Shown in pieces: positions 1-8,919 of a stretch of 64,000 nt of DNA. Origin of the DNA: an uncultured Planctomycetota bacterium (GTDB lineage: Bacteria > Planctomycetota > Planctomycetia > Isosphaerales > Isosphaeraceae). The translations under genes and the position numbers were made by a program. Each line of letters begins with the position of its first letter. The first letter of the stretch is position 1. The notes under the pieces are model-generated. The model had not been told where the DNA came from, searched no databases, and was given only the letters and a program-made list of their open reading frames with translations. The DNA is taken from positions 2,272,001-2,336,000 of the forward strand of contig CAWGMQ010000004.1 of assembly GCA_963823665.1 (NCBI GenBank), written 5' to 3'.

Positions 1-1
1 A

Positions 2-778
2 ACGAGTGTCGCGGGTTTTGGTGCACCAGGCTTCGGTAACGCTTCGATTGGTGGAGTCAAGCCGGTTCAGCTCACCCTGTACGAGATGATCTCACTCGTA
101 AAACCGGTCATCTACTCTCGCGAGATGAAGGAGAAGCTCGCCGGTCATGATCCCTATTCCGACCTTGATATCAGGACTGACCGCATCAAACAGTGGCATC
201 CGCTCAATCAGTCGCTCTACACCGGCTACAAGATCATGCTGCCCGGGATGTTGTTGCTCTCAAAGGGAGACCGTATTGCGATGAATGCGTCGGTCGAAAC
301 GAGATACCCTTATCTCGACGAAGACGTCATTGCATTTTGCGCGAACATTGCGCCCGAGTACAAACTGCGCGGCATGACCGAGAAATGGATTTTACGGCAA
401 GTAGCCAGGAGGGTCTTGCCGCAGCAGATTGCGAATCGGCCCAAGACGATGTTCCGAGCCAGCATGGCAAGTACGTTTCTGGGACCACACCGACCCGGGT
501 GGGTTGATCAGTTGCTCAGCCGCGAATCACTTGCAGCCACTGGATATTTCGACCCTGAAATGATCGCCCGGCAGCGAGCCTGGCAAACACGCATACCAAA
601 AATCACATCTGCCCGGTTTGTCTACGACGTGGCCCTGACCTGTGTCGTCACGACTCAGCTCTGGCATCACATCTTTTGTGGTGGTGGCTTGTGTGAGCTT
701 CCGACTGCGCACACCGCCAGCCGCAGGCACACAATACGAACCAAGAGCCTGGCCCGGATCTATCAAGACGCCAGGTGA
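2..778 (+). CDS. asnB: Asparagine synthase (glutamine-hydrolysing)-like amidotransferase, C-terminal part; truncated at the window edge
   Basis: LLLSKGDRIAMNASVETRYPYLD and EKWILRQ..LPQQIANRPK are Asn_synthase C-terminal motifs. The frame of ORF 86..778 is open back to position 2. Confidence 0.8.
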   Translation, partial: TSVAGFGAPGFGNASIGGVKPVQLTLYEMISLVKPVIYSREMKEKLAGHDPYSDLDIRTDRIKQWHPLNQSLYTGYKIMLPGMLLLSKGDRIAMNASVETRYPYLDEDVIAFCANIAPEYKLRGMTEKWILRQVARRVLPQQIANRPKTMFRASMASTFLGPHRPGWVDQLLSRESLAATGYFDPEMIARQRAWQTRIPKITSARFVYDVALTCVVTTQLWHHIFCGGGLCELPTAHTASRRHTIRTKSLARIYQDAR

Positions 779-895
779 CATCTTGAAGCGGCCATCACGC
801 GGCGGCTACGATGATCGCGGTTCGGCGTTCCCCTCTCGTGCACGTGATCGGACGATTGGATCAACCGGGGATCGAGCCGGCCGGGAGAATGACTC

Positions 896-1414
896 ATGGC
901 AGTTGTCAGCTACATTTCAGACCAGGAAGCTGCTGAGAAGATCAAGCCGGTTTTCGAGGGGATGGAGAAGAAGCTCGGTGTCGTGCCGAACGTCTTTCGC
1001 GTGATGGCTCACAATCCCGAGATGCTCGAGGCCTTCTTGGGGCTCAATGCAACATTGCCCAAAACCAAGTTGAACGGGAAGCTCCGGGAACTGGCCTACA
1101 TCAAGACGTCCGAGCTGAACGATTGCGACTACTGCCTGCACCATCATCGTGCGCTCGGTAAGAAAGCTGGTCTCAACGATCGACAGGTCGCTGAGACCGC
1201 ACAGGGAGAGACCAGCGATGCATACGATGAGCTGGAACGTGAAGTGATGCGGTATGCCGAGGAGGTCACCCGGCATATCAACGTGAGCGACGAGCTTCTC
1301 GGACGGCTGAAGAAGACACTCAGCGACCGTGAGCTGGTCGAGCTGGCAATGACGGTCGGTATTGCGAATTTCACGAACCGCGTGACTGAGACCCTGCGGA
1401 TGGAGCTTCCTTAA
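896..1414 (+). CDS. Carboxymuconolactone decarboxylase / AhpD-like peroxidase-related protein
   Basis: VPNVFRVMAHNPE, RELAY..TSELNDCDYCLHHH (CxxC) and ANFTNR motifs; GGGAG RBS upstream. Confidence 0.85.
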   Translation: MAVVSYISDQEAAEKIKPVFEGMEKKLGVVPNVFRVMAHNPEMLEAFLGLNATLPKTKLNGKLRELAYIKTSELNDCDYCLHHHRALGKKAGLNDRQVAETAQGETSDAYDELEREVMRYAEEVTRHINVSDELLGRLKKTLSDRELVELAMTVGIANFTNRVTETLRMELP

Positions 1415-2158
1415 GTGGTTGAACAAGCTGGTGCGGCGGCGGGGTCTTCGTGGGTTCCTTTGAAGCCGCGAGAGCGTCGCGTGATGGGCGTCTTGGTCGA
1501 GAAGGCCAAGACGACTCCCGAGTATTATCCAATGACCGTCGCTGCAATCGTGGCGGCTTGCAATCAGAAGTCAAACCGTGACCCGGTGACAAACTACGAT
1601 CAGGATGACGTCGAGGAGACTTTGCACGGTCTGCGGAAGAAGGGAGCGGTAATTCTGATCGAAGGAAGCGGGCGAGTCGCGAAATGGAAGCACACGCTCT
1701 ATGATTGGCTGAAAGTGACGAAGGTTGAGCTGGCCGTGCTGGCGGAGCTGCTTTTACGAGGACCGCAAACAGAAGGTGAGCTTCGCGCACGAGCCAGCCG
1801 CATGGAGCCGCTTGAAGACTTGCTGGCACTTCAGGCCATTCTCGATAGTCTGGCGCCGCGACAGCTTATCCACCATCTTTCGCCACCCGGCCAGAAACGA
1901 GGCGTTTTTGTAACGCACGGCCTTTATCCGCCTGATGAACTGGAGAAAGTGCGAGCCGCATTTGCCAACCGCACAGCAACCGAGGAAGAAATACCGGCGC
2001 GGCTCTCCACTGCCCGCGTTGATCTTGCTGCGGCTCAGGTCATGCCAGCCTGGATTGATGAGATTGCCGGGTTGCGATCGGAGCTTGAGAAGCTGCGTCA
2101 AATGGTCGACGCGCTGACAACCGAGGTTCGGGAACTGAAATCGGCCTTGGGAGCTTGA
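1415..2158 (+). CDS. DUF480 (YceH/UPF0502) family protein
   Basis: RVMGVLVEKAKTTPEYYPMT..ACNQKSNRDPV and LLLRGPQTEGELRARASRM signatures; C-terminal coiled coil. Confidence 0.9.
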   Translation: MVEQAGAAAGSSWVPLKPRERRVMGVLVEKAKTTPEYYPMTVAAIVAACNQKSNRDPVTNYDQDDVEETLHGLRKKGAVILIEGSGRVAKWKHTLYDWLKVTKVELAVLAELLLRGPQTEGELRARASRMEPLEDLLALQAILDSLAPRQLIHHLSPPGQKRGVFVTHGLYPPDELEKVRAAFANRTATEEEIPARLSTARVDLAAAQVMPAWIDEIAGLRSELEKLRQMVDALTTEVRELKSALGA

Positions 2159-2162
2159 TCGA

Positions 2163-5100
2163 ATGACCACACCCGCATCAGACTCTGAGGAAATACCTCC
2201 GGGCATGGGCGGGCAGACGTCAGAAATTGATTCCATACCACTCAAGGCGATGCCTCTTTCAACCCCGGAGCTGGAAGGAGCGAGCGAGCCGGAAAGCTCC
2301 GAGTCGACGTTGGCGAAATCCGATCAAGCTCCGTCAGAGTCAACCGGATGGGTGCTGATCGCGCTCGTTCCTTTTGAAGGACGCGAGCCGCCTCATCAGG
2401 CAAGCGATGAGCTTGCACAGGCGGTTTGGTGCGCGGTCTCGAGCCTCTGGCACCCTGCCTTGCTTTCAAGTGCTCGTGAACTGCCCAGGATTGAGTCGAT
2501 CGAGTCGCCGTCACCACCGGCAGCACGAGAAATCCGCGTGGTTGCCGGTGGCCTGTGGGACCAGCTTCCTTCAGGTTATCGAACCCAGGCTGAGGATTCT
2601 CGGAGCTTGCTTCTGGAATCAGGAACCGACCGCGACCGCTTGGTTGCCGATATCCGTACACGGCTCTTGACCAGCGATGCGGCAGATCTGGTTGATAGCG
2701 AGGAGATGGCCACTGTAGCACATGACTTCCTGGCATTTGGAACAATGCGCTGGATGCTTCGCGACTTGACGATCGCGATGGGGCATTCAGACTCGATTAA
2801 TTACGAAAGTCTGACACGCGATCTTCTTGCCGGCGCTCACGCTTGGCGAGTTGGAGATTGGTCGGGTGCGGTGAACCGCCTACGGTCAGCCTTTGAAAAC
2901 TTGACGCAGGCTCGCGAGCGGTATTACCCCGTTGATGCTTATCTGATCGATTTATGCTTGATCGATTCCACAATGAAGGGGGGAGTGCTGGCGGGCCCGC
3001 TTGATCGCCCAGTTGCTGTTTCGTTCTTGATGTCAGCACAGGCAATCGAGAATCAAGCTCTCCACGATCCGCAACGCATCGCGGCACTGCGACAAGCAAT
3101 TAATGACGGCTGGGCCGATGTTGCTGGAGGCACCTATGCAGAAACGGAAGACCTTCTCTTGCCGCTAGAATCGATCCTCTGGCAATTCCGCCGCGGGGTT
3201 GATGTTTATCGGCTTCATCTTGACGATCGAAGTGTGGAAACCTACGCCCGCAGGCGGTTCGGTCTGCACACGCGTGTTCCACAGATCGCAAAACGATTCG
3301 GGTTTCGATACGCGCTCCATATGGGCTTCGATGCCGGAAAATTCCCGATACCCGCTGAGACCAAGCGATTGTGGGAAAGCCCCGATGGCAGCAGCTTGGA
3401 AAGTTTGATGCGACCACCGATTGCTGCTGATCGGCCTCTACAAGGCTGGCTCTTACCCTGGCGAATCGCAGCGACGATGCGCAACGACCATATCGGTGCA
3501 ATACCACTCGTGCACTGGCCTGAGCCGGTTGCTCCTTGGTTTCTCGACTTGCGGCGAACAGCGAGTTTTTCACCGGTCCTGGGCCGTTGGACGACTCTCA
3601 ACGATTTCTTCCACCTTACCGACCGACCCTATGAGTCCCTCCGCCCAGAACCCGATCTTTACCAGACGCCATATCTCTCTCAAGCTGTAGTGAAACGTGA
3701 GCCATCACCGATTGGGCGGCTTGCATCGCACCACAAACTGCGCGCTCGCTGTGATGCGATCACCGCAGTCCACGCTCTTGCTCGTGCAATCGCGCTCTCC
3801 TCTGCCGATAAAGTATCAGATCCCAGCACGACTACGGAAGGACCTTCGTTCGAGGAGGTTGAGGATCTGATCGAGAAGTCTCGTCATGACGAGGCTAGAG
3901 CGGCAATGGCGATGCTTGAAGAGAGATGGCCGAATGCCCTTGCCAGAAGCATTCTCGCAAACAAGGGTATGAACGCAGCAAGTGCTCCTGATGACCATCG
4001 TCCAGGATATCTTGTGTTTAATCCTTCGAGCGTGCCACGGCGCGCCGCGGTGATCTTACCTGAAGCTGCGATGGATTTACGGCCGGAGGGTCCACTACGA
4101 GTAGCTCAGTTCACCGACGAGGGTGTTTACGGAGTTGTAGATCTTCCATCGTTTGGTTTCGCATGGGTTCCGAAGACAGCAAGCGCGGAACGACTTCCCG
4201 CAGCCGTTGGAGATTTGACGGCACGCGGTCGAAAGATCCACAACGAATTCGTCGAGATCGAGATTGATGCTGCGACTGGTGGAATTCGCAGTCTGGCAGC
4301 AGTCAGCGAATCATCTGCTCGACTCGGACAGCAGCTTGTGATGACTGGGTTGCTCGACGCCCAGGGTAAACCCGCTACATCGAAAATGTGCGCTGAACGA
4401 TTCGAGCTTGAATACGGTGGGCCGGCATTGGTTCAGGCCACATCGAGTGGTAGCTTGATCGACACTCAGAACGACAAACGTTTGGCATCATTCACCGAGC
4501 GGTTTCGTCTCTGGGCGGGACGCCCGGTTCTCGAGATCGAGATTACCCTGAGCGATCTCGATGCGGCCTGGCTCGAACGAGCAGCGGACGCTGATCCGTA
4601 CTCGGTCTACCTGGCATGCAGGTGGGCATGGCCTGACCCGAGCTCGATGCTGCGACGCGGAGTCTTCTGGTCTCCGGAGATCACGGATGTCGAGCGCCCG
4701 GAAACCCCCGAATACTTCGACATTTCAACACGCTCGCAACGAACTGCGATTCTTTTCAAGGGGCTTCCCTACCATCGCAAACACGGAGGCCGGATGCTGG
4801 ATACGTTATTGATTGCGGGCCGAGAATCGACACGATCATTCTCAGTTGGGGCTGTGCTTGACCTTGAGAATCCCGCACATACTGCACAGGAATCGATCAC
4901 ACCGGCCCTGGTTGTTCCGGTTGAGAGTGGGCCGCCGCCAATGGGGCCAAGCGGTTGGCTCGCACAGGCCGATAGCAAGAACGTGGTGATTTTACGCTTG
5001 GAGTTCGTCGAGAAGACAGGAACCGATCGATCCTGGGGGCTGGCTTTTCATCTCCTGGAGACATCAGGTCACGCGACGCGATGCCGTCTGCGATTGTTCC

Positions 5101-5231
5101 GCAGCCCCTCATGGGCCCGGCAGGTTGATTTCCAGGGTGATACAATCATTGACCTCACCATCCAGGAAGATGCCGTGCTGATCGACTTCACCCCGTATGA
5201 GCTGGTCCGGATTGAGGTGACGCTCGGGTGA
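2163..5231 (+). CDS. GH38 (alpha-mannosidase)-fold protein with degenerate active site
   Basis: GGTYAETEDLLLPLESILWQFRRG, FG...VPQIAKRFG, LWESPDGS, VFNPSSVPR, IHNEFVEIEIDAATGGI and FTPYELVRIEV follow the GH38 N-terminal, middle and C-terminal layout. Confidence 0.6.
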   Translation: MTTPASDSEEIPPGMGGQTSEIDSIPLKAMPLSTPELEGASEPESSESTLAKSDQAPSESTGWVLIALVPFEGREPPHQASDELAQAVWCAVSSLWHPALLSSARELPRIESIESPSPPAAREIRVVAGGLWDQLPSGYRTQAEDSRSLLLESGTDRDRLVADIRTRLLTSDAADLVDSEEMATVAHDFLAFGTMRWMLRDLTIAMGHSDSINYESLTRDLLAGAHAWRVGDWSGAVNRLRSAFENLTQARERYYPVDAYLIDLCLIDSTMKGGVLAGPLDRPVAVSFLMSAQAIENQALHDPQRIAALRQAINDGWADVAGGTYAETEDLLLPLESILWQFRRGVDVYRLHLDDRSVETYARRRFGLHTRVPQIAKRFGFRYALHMGFDAGKFPIPAETKRLWESPDGSSLESLMRPPIAADRPLQGWLLPWRIAATMRNDHIGAIPLVHWPEPVAPWFLDLRRTASFSPVLGRWTTLNDFFHLTDRPYESLRPEPDLYQTPYLSQAVVKREPSPIGRLASHHKLRARCDAITAVHALARAIALSSADKVSDPSTTTEGPSFEEVEDLIEKSRHDEARAAMAMLEERWPNALARSILANKGMNAASAPDDHRPGYLVFNPSSVPRRAAVILPEAAMDLRPEGPLRVAQFTDEGVYGVVDLPSFGFAWVPKTASAERLPAAVGDLTARGRKIHNEFVEIEIDAATGGIRSLAAVSESSARLGQQLVMTGLLDAQGKPATSKMCAERFELEYGGPALVQATSSGSLIDTQNDKRLASFTERFRLWAGRPVLEIEITLSDLDAAWLERAADADPYSVYLACRWAWPDPSSMLRRGVFWSPEITDVERPETPEYFDISTRSQRTAILFKGLPYHRKHGGRMLDTLLIAGRESTRSFSVGAVLDLENPAHTAQESITPALVVPVESGPPPMGPSGWLAQADSKNVVILRLEFVEKTGTDRSWGLAFHLLETSGHATRCRLRLFRSPSWARQVDFQGDTIIDLTIQEDAVLIDFTPYELVRIEVTLG

Positions 5232-5235
5232 TTGA

Positions 5236-6621
5236 TCAGAGTGTCCAACCTTTACGGTATTCGGCATGGACCAGGTGATTGAGCTCAGCGGCATTCTTGA
5301 TCTTCAGGTTTTCGCAGTCCCACTCGAGACGCCGGCCAGGTGCTTTGAGAGCAAGCACACCCAGGAGCACAAGCTCGGTCAAGGGTCCGGAGTAATCGAA
5401 ATTGGAGATCGGCCGCGGTCCTCCCTTGCAGGCCTGGACCCATTCCTCATAGTGGCCGGGCGAGCGCTCCATTGTCTTGGGTACCTTCGCTGATTCGTCA
5501 TGAAGCTCCTTGGGAAGGAGCTGCGGCATACCGCCGTGAGAGCTGTGGAACATCTTTCCCTTGGTGCCGATATAGAGGACGCCGTTGTCCGGGAGCCGCT
5601 CCCCTCCAGACAGTTCGGCAGGGGCCGCAGGCATCAACCCACCGTCGTACCATGTCATCCGCACCGGTGGTAAATCGCCGCGCGCCGGGAAATCAAAGTA
5701 GATCAAGGCAGCGATCGGATAGGTTTCCACGTTGGGCTTGTCGCCCTCGAGGAATGAGCCGTCGATCGTGGTGCGTGCCTCGACAAAGCTAGGAGCACCA
5801 AGTTTCAAGGCCCACACGGGATGATCGATGATATGACAGCCCATGTCGCCGAGTGCCCCCGTGCCGAAATCCCACCAGCCGCGCCACTGAACAGGCGCAT
5901 AAGCAGGGTGGTAAGGCCGCTCGCGAATTGGTCCGAGCCAGAGATTCCAGTCAAGAGTTGACGGCACCGGTGGTGTCTCGGTTGGCCGTGGAATTCCCTG
6001 CTTCCAGAGACGGCCGGCCCGGTCTGACCAGACATGGACTTCTTTCACGGACCCAATCACCCCGGCCTGGATCCACTCGTTCGTGAGCCGAGCACCCTCG
6101 GTGGCATGCCCCTGGTTTCCCATCTGAGTCGCAACACCTGCTGCCCGCCCAGCCTTCGTCAGCTCTCGACACTCATACAGCGTGTGAGTGAGCGGCTTCT
6201 GGCAGTACACATGCTTACCGGCTCGGATTGCTGCCATGGACGCAACGGCATGGATGTGATCGGGCGTGCCGACGGTGACAGCATCGATCGCACCAGCTTC
6301 CTTTTCGAGCAAAACACGGAAATCTTTGTAGCGATGCGCCTGCGGAAACGCCTGAAATGAGCCGGCTGCGCGAGCATCGTCAACGTCACAAAGCGCGACA
6401 ATGTTGGCTCCCAGCCGTGCAACGGTCGCAATGTCACCACCTCCCATGCCGCCGGCGCCAATTCCGGCAACGTTCAGTCGCTCATTCGCCGCGATGAACC
6501 CCGCACCACCCAGGACATGACGAGGAATGACCATGAAGGAGAACGCCGAGCCTCCGGTTGTCGCCAGGAATGTTCTGCGCGATGGATTGCTCGGCGTGAA
6601 ACGCGAATCAGCATTGGCCAT
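5236..6621 (-). CDS. Tat-exported Gfo/Idh/MocA family NAD(P)-dependent oxidoreductase
   Basis: SRRTFL twin-arginine signal; GIGAGGMG Rossmann motif; TPDHIHA, HVYCQKP, GALGDMGCH. Confidence 0.92.
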   Translation of the reverse strand: MANADSRFTPSNPSRRTFLATTGGSAFSFMVIPRHVLGGAGFIAANERLNVAGIGAGGMGGGDIATVARLGANIVALCDVDDARAAGSFQAFPQAHRYKDFRVLLEKEAGAIDAVTVGTPDHIHAVASMAAIRAGKHVYCQKPLTHTLYECRELTKAGRAAGVATQMGNQGHATEGARLTNEWIQAGVIGSVKEVHVWSDRAGRLWKQGIPRPTETPPVPSTLDWNLWLGPIRERPYHPAYAPVQWRGWWDFGTGALGDMGCHIIDHPVWALKLGAPSFVEARTTIDGSFLEGDKPNVETYPIAALIYFDFPARGDLPPVRMTWYDGGLMPAAPAELSGGERLPDNGVLYIGTKGKMFHSSHGGMPQLLPKELHDESAKVPKTMERSPGHYEEWVQACKGGPRPISNFDYSGPLTELVLLGVLALKAPGRRLEWDCENLKIKNAAELNHLVHAEYRKGWTL

Positions 6622-6708
6622 GATCCTGGTTCCTTTGAAATTCCTCGTCCGGGCGTTACGTTTGTGTCGTGGCTCTTGTTAGTCGCTGAGAATGCGCAAG
6701 TCACTCGT

Positions 6709-7491
6709 TCACGGCTTGCTGGCTGCCGGCCGGCCAGCAGCCACCCAGTCGATTCCCTGAACGATGAGCCGACCCAAATTGGGGTTGCGCAGAGGGTCAT
6801 CTTTTTCGGGGCCGAAGTCACGATGACCAAGCACCGTGTGAAACACACGTCCTTTGCCGAAAGTTCGGGTCCATGCGACCGGCCAGGCAGTCCCTTGAAA
6901 TTCGATAGTCACCAGCGGTTGGATGTCGGGCATCATCTGCAATTGATAGTACAGCTCGTCCGTAAGATTGAAGTCTTTCAGGCCATTCGTGATGGGGCTC
7001 GCTGTGTCAGCAATCTTCACAAGGTAGGTTCCCTTGCGAGGCTTGCCGTCAGGCAGACCGAAGTGGGAGAAAACGCCGCCGAGCATTTCTTTCCAGGTAG
7101 GTGACCAATCCTTGGCTGCATTATCGGCACCGTGAATGGATACATATCCGTGTCCTCCACGAACGTAGCTGAAAATTGCCTCTTGCTGGTCGTTCGAGAA
7201 TTTGAATTCATCGTCGCGGCGGTCGGCATTGACAATGAGAAGGTCGTACTTGCTCATCGCGGGTGTTTCCAGAATGCCGGCGTCTTCACAGATTGTGACC
7301 TGGAAGCGGCCGGTATTCTCGAGCGTGCCCGAAAGGTACAATGCCTGTTCACGGTATCCATGGTGCTGTCGCTTTCCTCCAGAGAGCAGCAACACCTTGG
7401 CGCCATCCGGGGCGGCCTTTTGAGCGAAGGCAGGCAGCGCCAGTCCTGACGACAAGATCAGGTACCAAAGGATCATTCGCGGTTGATTCAC
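6709..7491 (-). CDS. Secreted ThuA-like (class I GATase fold) protein
   Basis: Signal peptide ending AFA; YVRGGHGYVSIHGA, MLGGVFSH, DELY, PVAWTRTFGKGRVFHTVLGH, GIDW. Confidence 0.88.
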   Translation of the reverse strand: MNQPRMILWYLILSSGLALPAFAQKAAPDGAKVLLLSGGKRQHHGYREQALYLSGTLENTGRFQVTICEDAGILETPAMSKYDLLIVNADRRDDEFKFSNDQQEAIFSYVRGGHGYVSIHGADNAAKDWSPTWKEMLGGVFSHFGLPDGKPRKGTYLVKIADTASPITNGLKDFNLTDELYYQLQMMPDIQPLVTIEFQGTAWPVAWTRTFGKGRVFHTVLGHRDFGPEKDDPLRNPNLGRLIVQGIDWVAAGRPAASKP

Positions 7492-7659
7492 GGGCGTCGC
7501 TCCTACCGCTAGATTGACGACCAGTGGGGATCCAGTCGTTCCGGCAATGGCCGGTCAAGGTGGGAATTTAGCACGACCTGAACTTTGAACCGTAGCGTAG
7601 CCCAGCCGGGTGTCTATCGCAAGCCTCGGCCGATTAGCCAGCAGAGGAGATTGCAAGTG

Positions 7660-8235
7660 ATGAGACAAATGAGCGACATTCGCCGGTTTTTCTTCCGTGT
7701 GTCCAGCGTGCTAGCTGTGACTGTGGTTCTGATGGGTGCTGATGACAAGCCCAAGCAGACGATCGATGCCAAGGGGATTACGTTTGACGCGCCCAAATCG
7801 TGGGAGTCGAGTCCACCGTCAAGTGAGATGCGACGTGCTCAACTCAAAGTAGAACCGCTCGAGGGCGACGACTATGCCGCCGAGCTGGTCGTCTTCGCGA
7901 TCAAAGGAGGCGGCGGTACCGTCGACGCCAATTTGACCCGCTGGCAGAAGCTCTTCAAAGATGAAGACGGCAATCCACCTAAGATCGAAAGCAAGAAGGT
8001 TCAGGCGAAGAACGTTGAAGTGACACGGGCCGAGACCTCCGGTCACTACTATCCTACTGCGTTCCCCGGCGCTCCTAAACAACCAGACAGGCCGGGAGCC
8101 CGGCTTCTGGGCGTGATCATTACCGGCGAGAAGCACGGCTACTACATCCGGATGGTCGGGCCAGACAAGACAATGAAGAAGCTGACCAAAGACTTCGACG
8201 AAATGATCAAAACGATCAAGCTGGACGAGGAGTAA
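7660..8235 (+). CDS. Secreted hypothetical protein (planctomycete-type; possibly PsbP/Mog1-like fold)
   Basis: Signal peptide, then FDAPKSW, MRRAQL, GGGTVDANLTRW, YYIRMVGP. Start chosen from the GAGGAG RBS at about 7645. Confidence 0.7.
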   Translation: MRQMSDIRRFFFRVSSVLAVTVVLMGADDKPKQTIDAKGITFDAPKSWESSPPSSEMRRAQLKVEPLEGDDYAAELVVFAIKGGGGTVDANLTRWQKLFKDEDGNPPKIESKKVQAKNVEVTRAETSGHYYPTAFPGAPKQPDRPGARLLGVIITGEKHGYYIRMVGPDKTMKKLTKDFDEMIKTIKLDEE

Positions 8236-8273
8236 CTGTGAACGAACGGCTGCACAGATAGATCGGCGGCGGA

Positions 8274-8303
8274 GTGGACCCGGTTCCCACTGGGCCGGGC
8301 CAC
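8274..8303. other. GC-rich intergenic stem-loop (possible mRNA stability or pause hairpin; no U-tract)
   Basis: GTGG(A)CCCGG...CCGGG-CCAC inverted repeat between two + strand genes. Confidence 0.3.
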
Positions 8304-8328
8304 CTCGTTTCAAGAGAGGCCTGGCGCC

Positions 8329-8895
8329 ATGATAACGGTGACCATCGTTTGCGCTCGGTGCACGCAGCCTAACCATGCGTCGCAACGATTCTGCACAAGC
8401 TGCAGCCTTCCTCTCGGTGCTCTACAGCCAGATGCCGAGGCCGCCTACGATGCACTCGAGCCCTATGAAGCGCCCGAGCCGGCTGATGCTGACATCGCCC
8501 GCCTGATCATTGATTTCGTCAAGCAGACCGGCTACAACGCAAATTCCTCGGGCCGGGGCTGGCAAATCGTTGTTCCGATGCGGCTCGATCGTAAACAGGC
8601 GGTGTATGTCGGCCCGGGAGGAACTGACGCCGAGGGAAGAGCAATCTTGTCCCTGGTCTCCGTCTGCGGCCCAGTCAACGACCGCGACTGTCGCACCTTG
8701 CTAAAGCTCAATGCGCGCATCGTCGAAGGGCACTTCGCGATCAGGGTCCTTCGCGGCGAGGAGTACTTTGTGGTCATGGATAACATCGCCGTCGACATGC
8801 TCAAATCGATCGACAATGCACGGCTTGTTCGACGAGTAGCCGAAGTGGCTGATGGGCTCGAGGACCGCTTATCACGCGGACGCGACCTTTATTAA
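8329..8895 (+). CDS. Zinc-ribbon protein fused to a YbjN/T3SS-chaperone-like domain
   Basis: CARC..NH...RFCTSCS N-terminal ribbon; RKQAVYV, LLKLNA..GHFAI and VAEVADGLEDRL.GRDLY match the chaperone-like domain. Confidence 0.7.
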   Translation: MITVTIVCARCTQPNHASQRFCTSCSLPLGALQPDAEAAYDALEPYEAPEPADADIARLIIDFVKQTGYNANSSGRGWQIVVPMRLDRKQAVYVGPGGTDAEGRAILSLVSVCGPVNDRDCRTLLKLNARIVEGHFAIRVLRGEEYFVVMDNIAVDMLKSIDNARLVRRVAEVADGLEDRLSRGRDLY

Positions 8896-8919
8896 GACAA
8901 TCATGCTGGCAAAGCAGTA

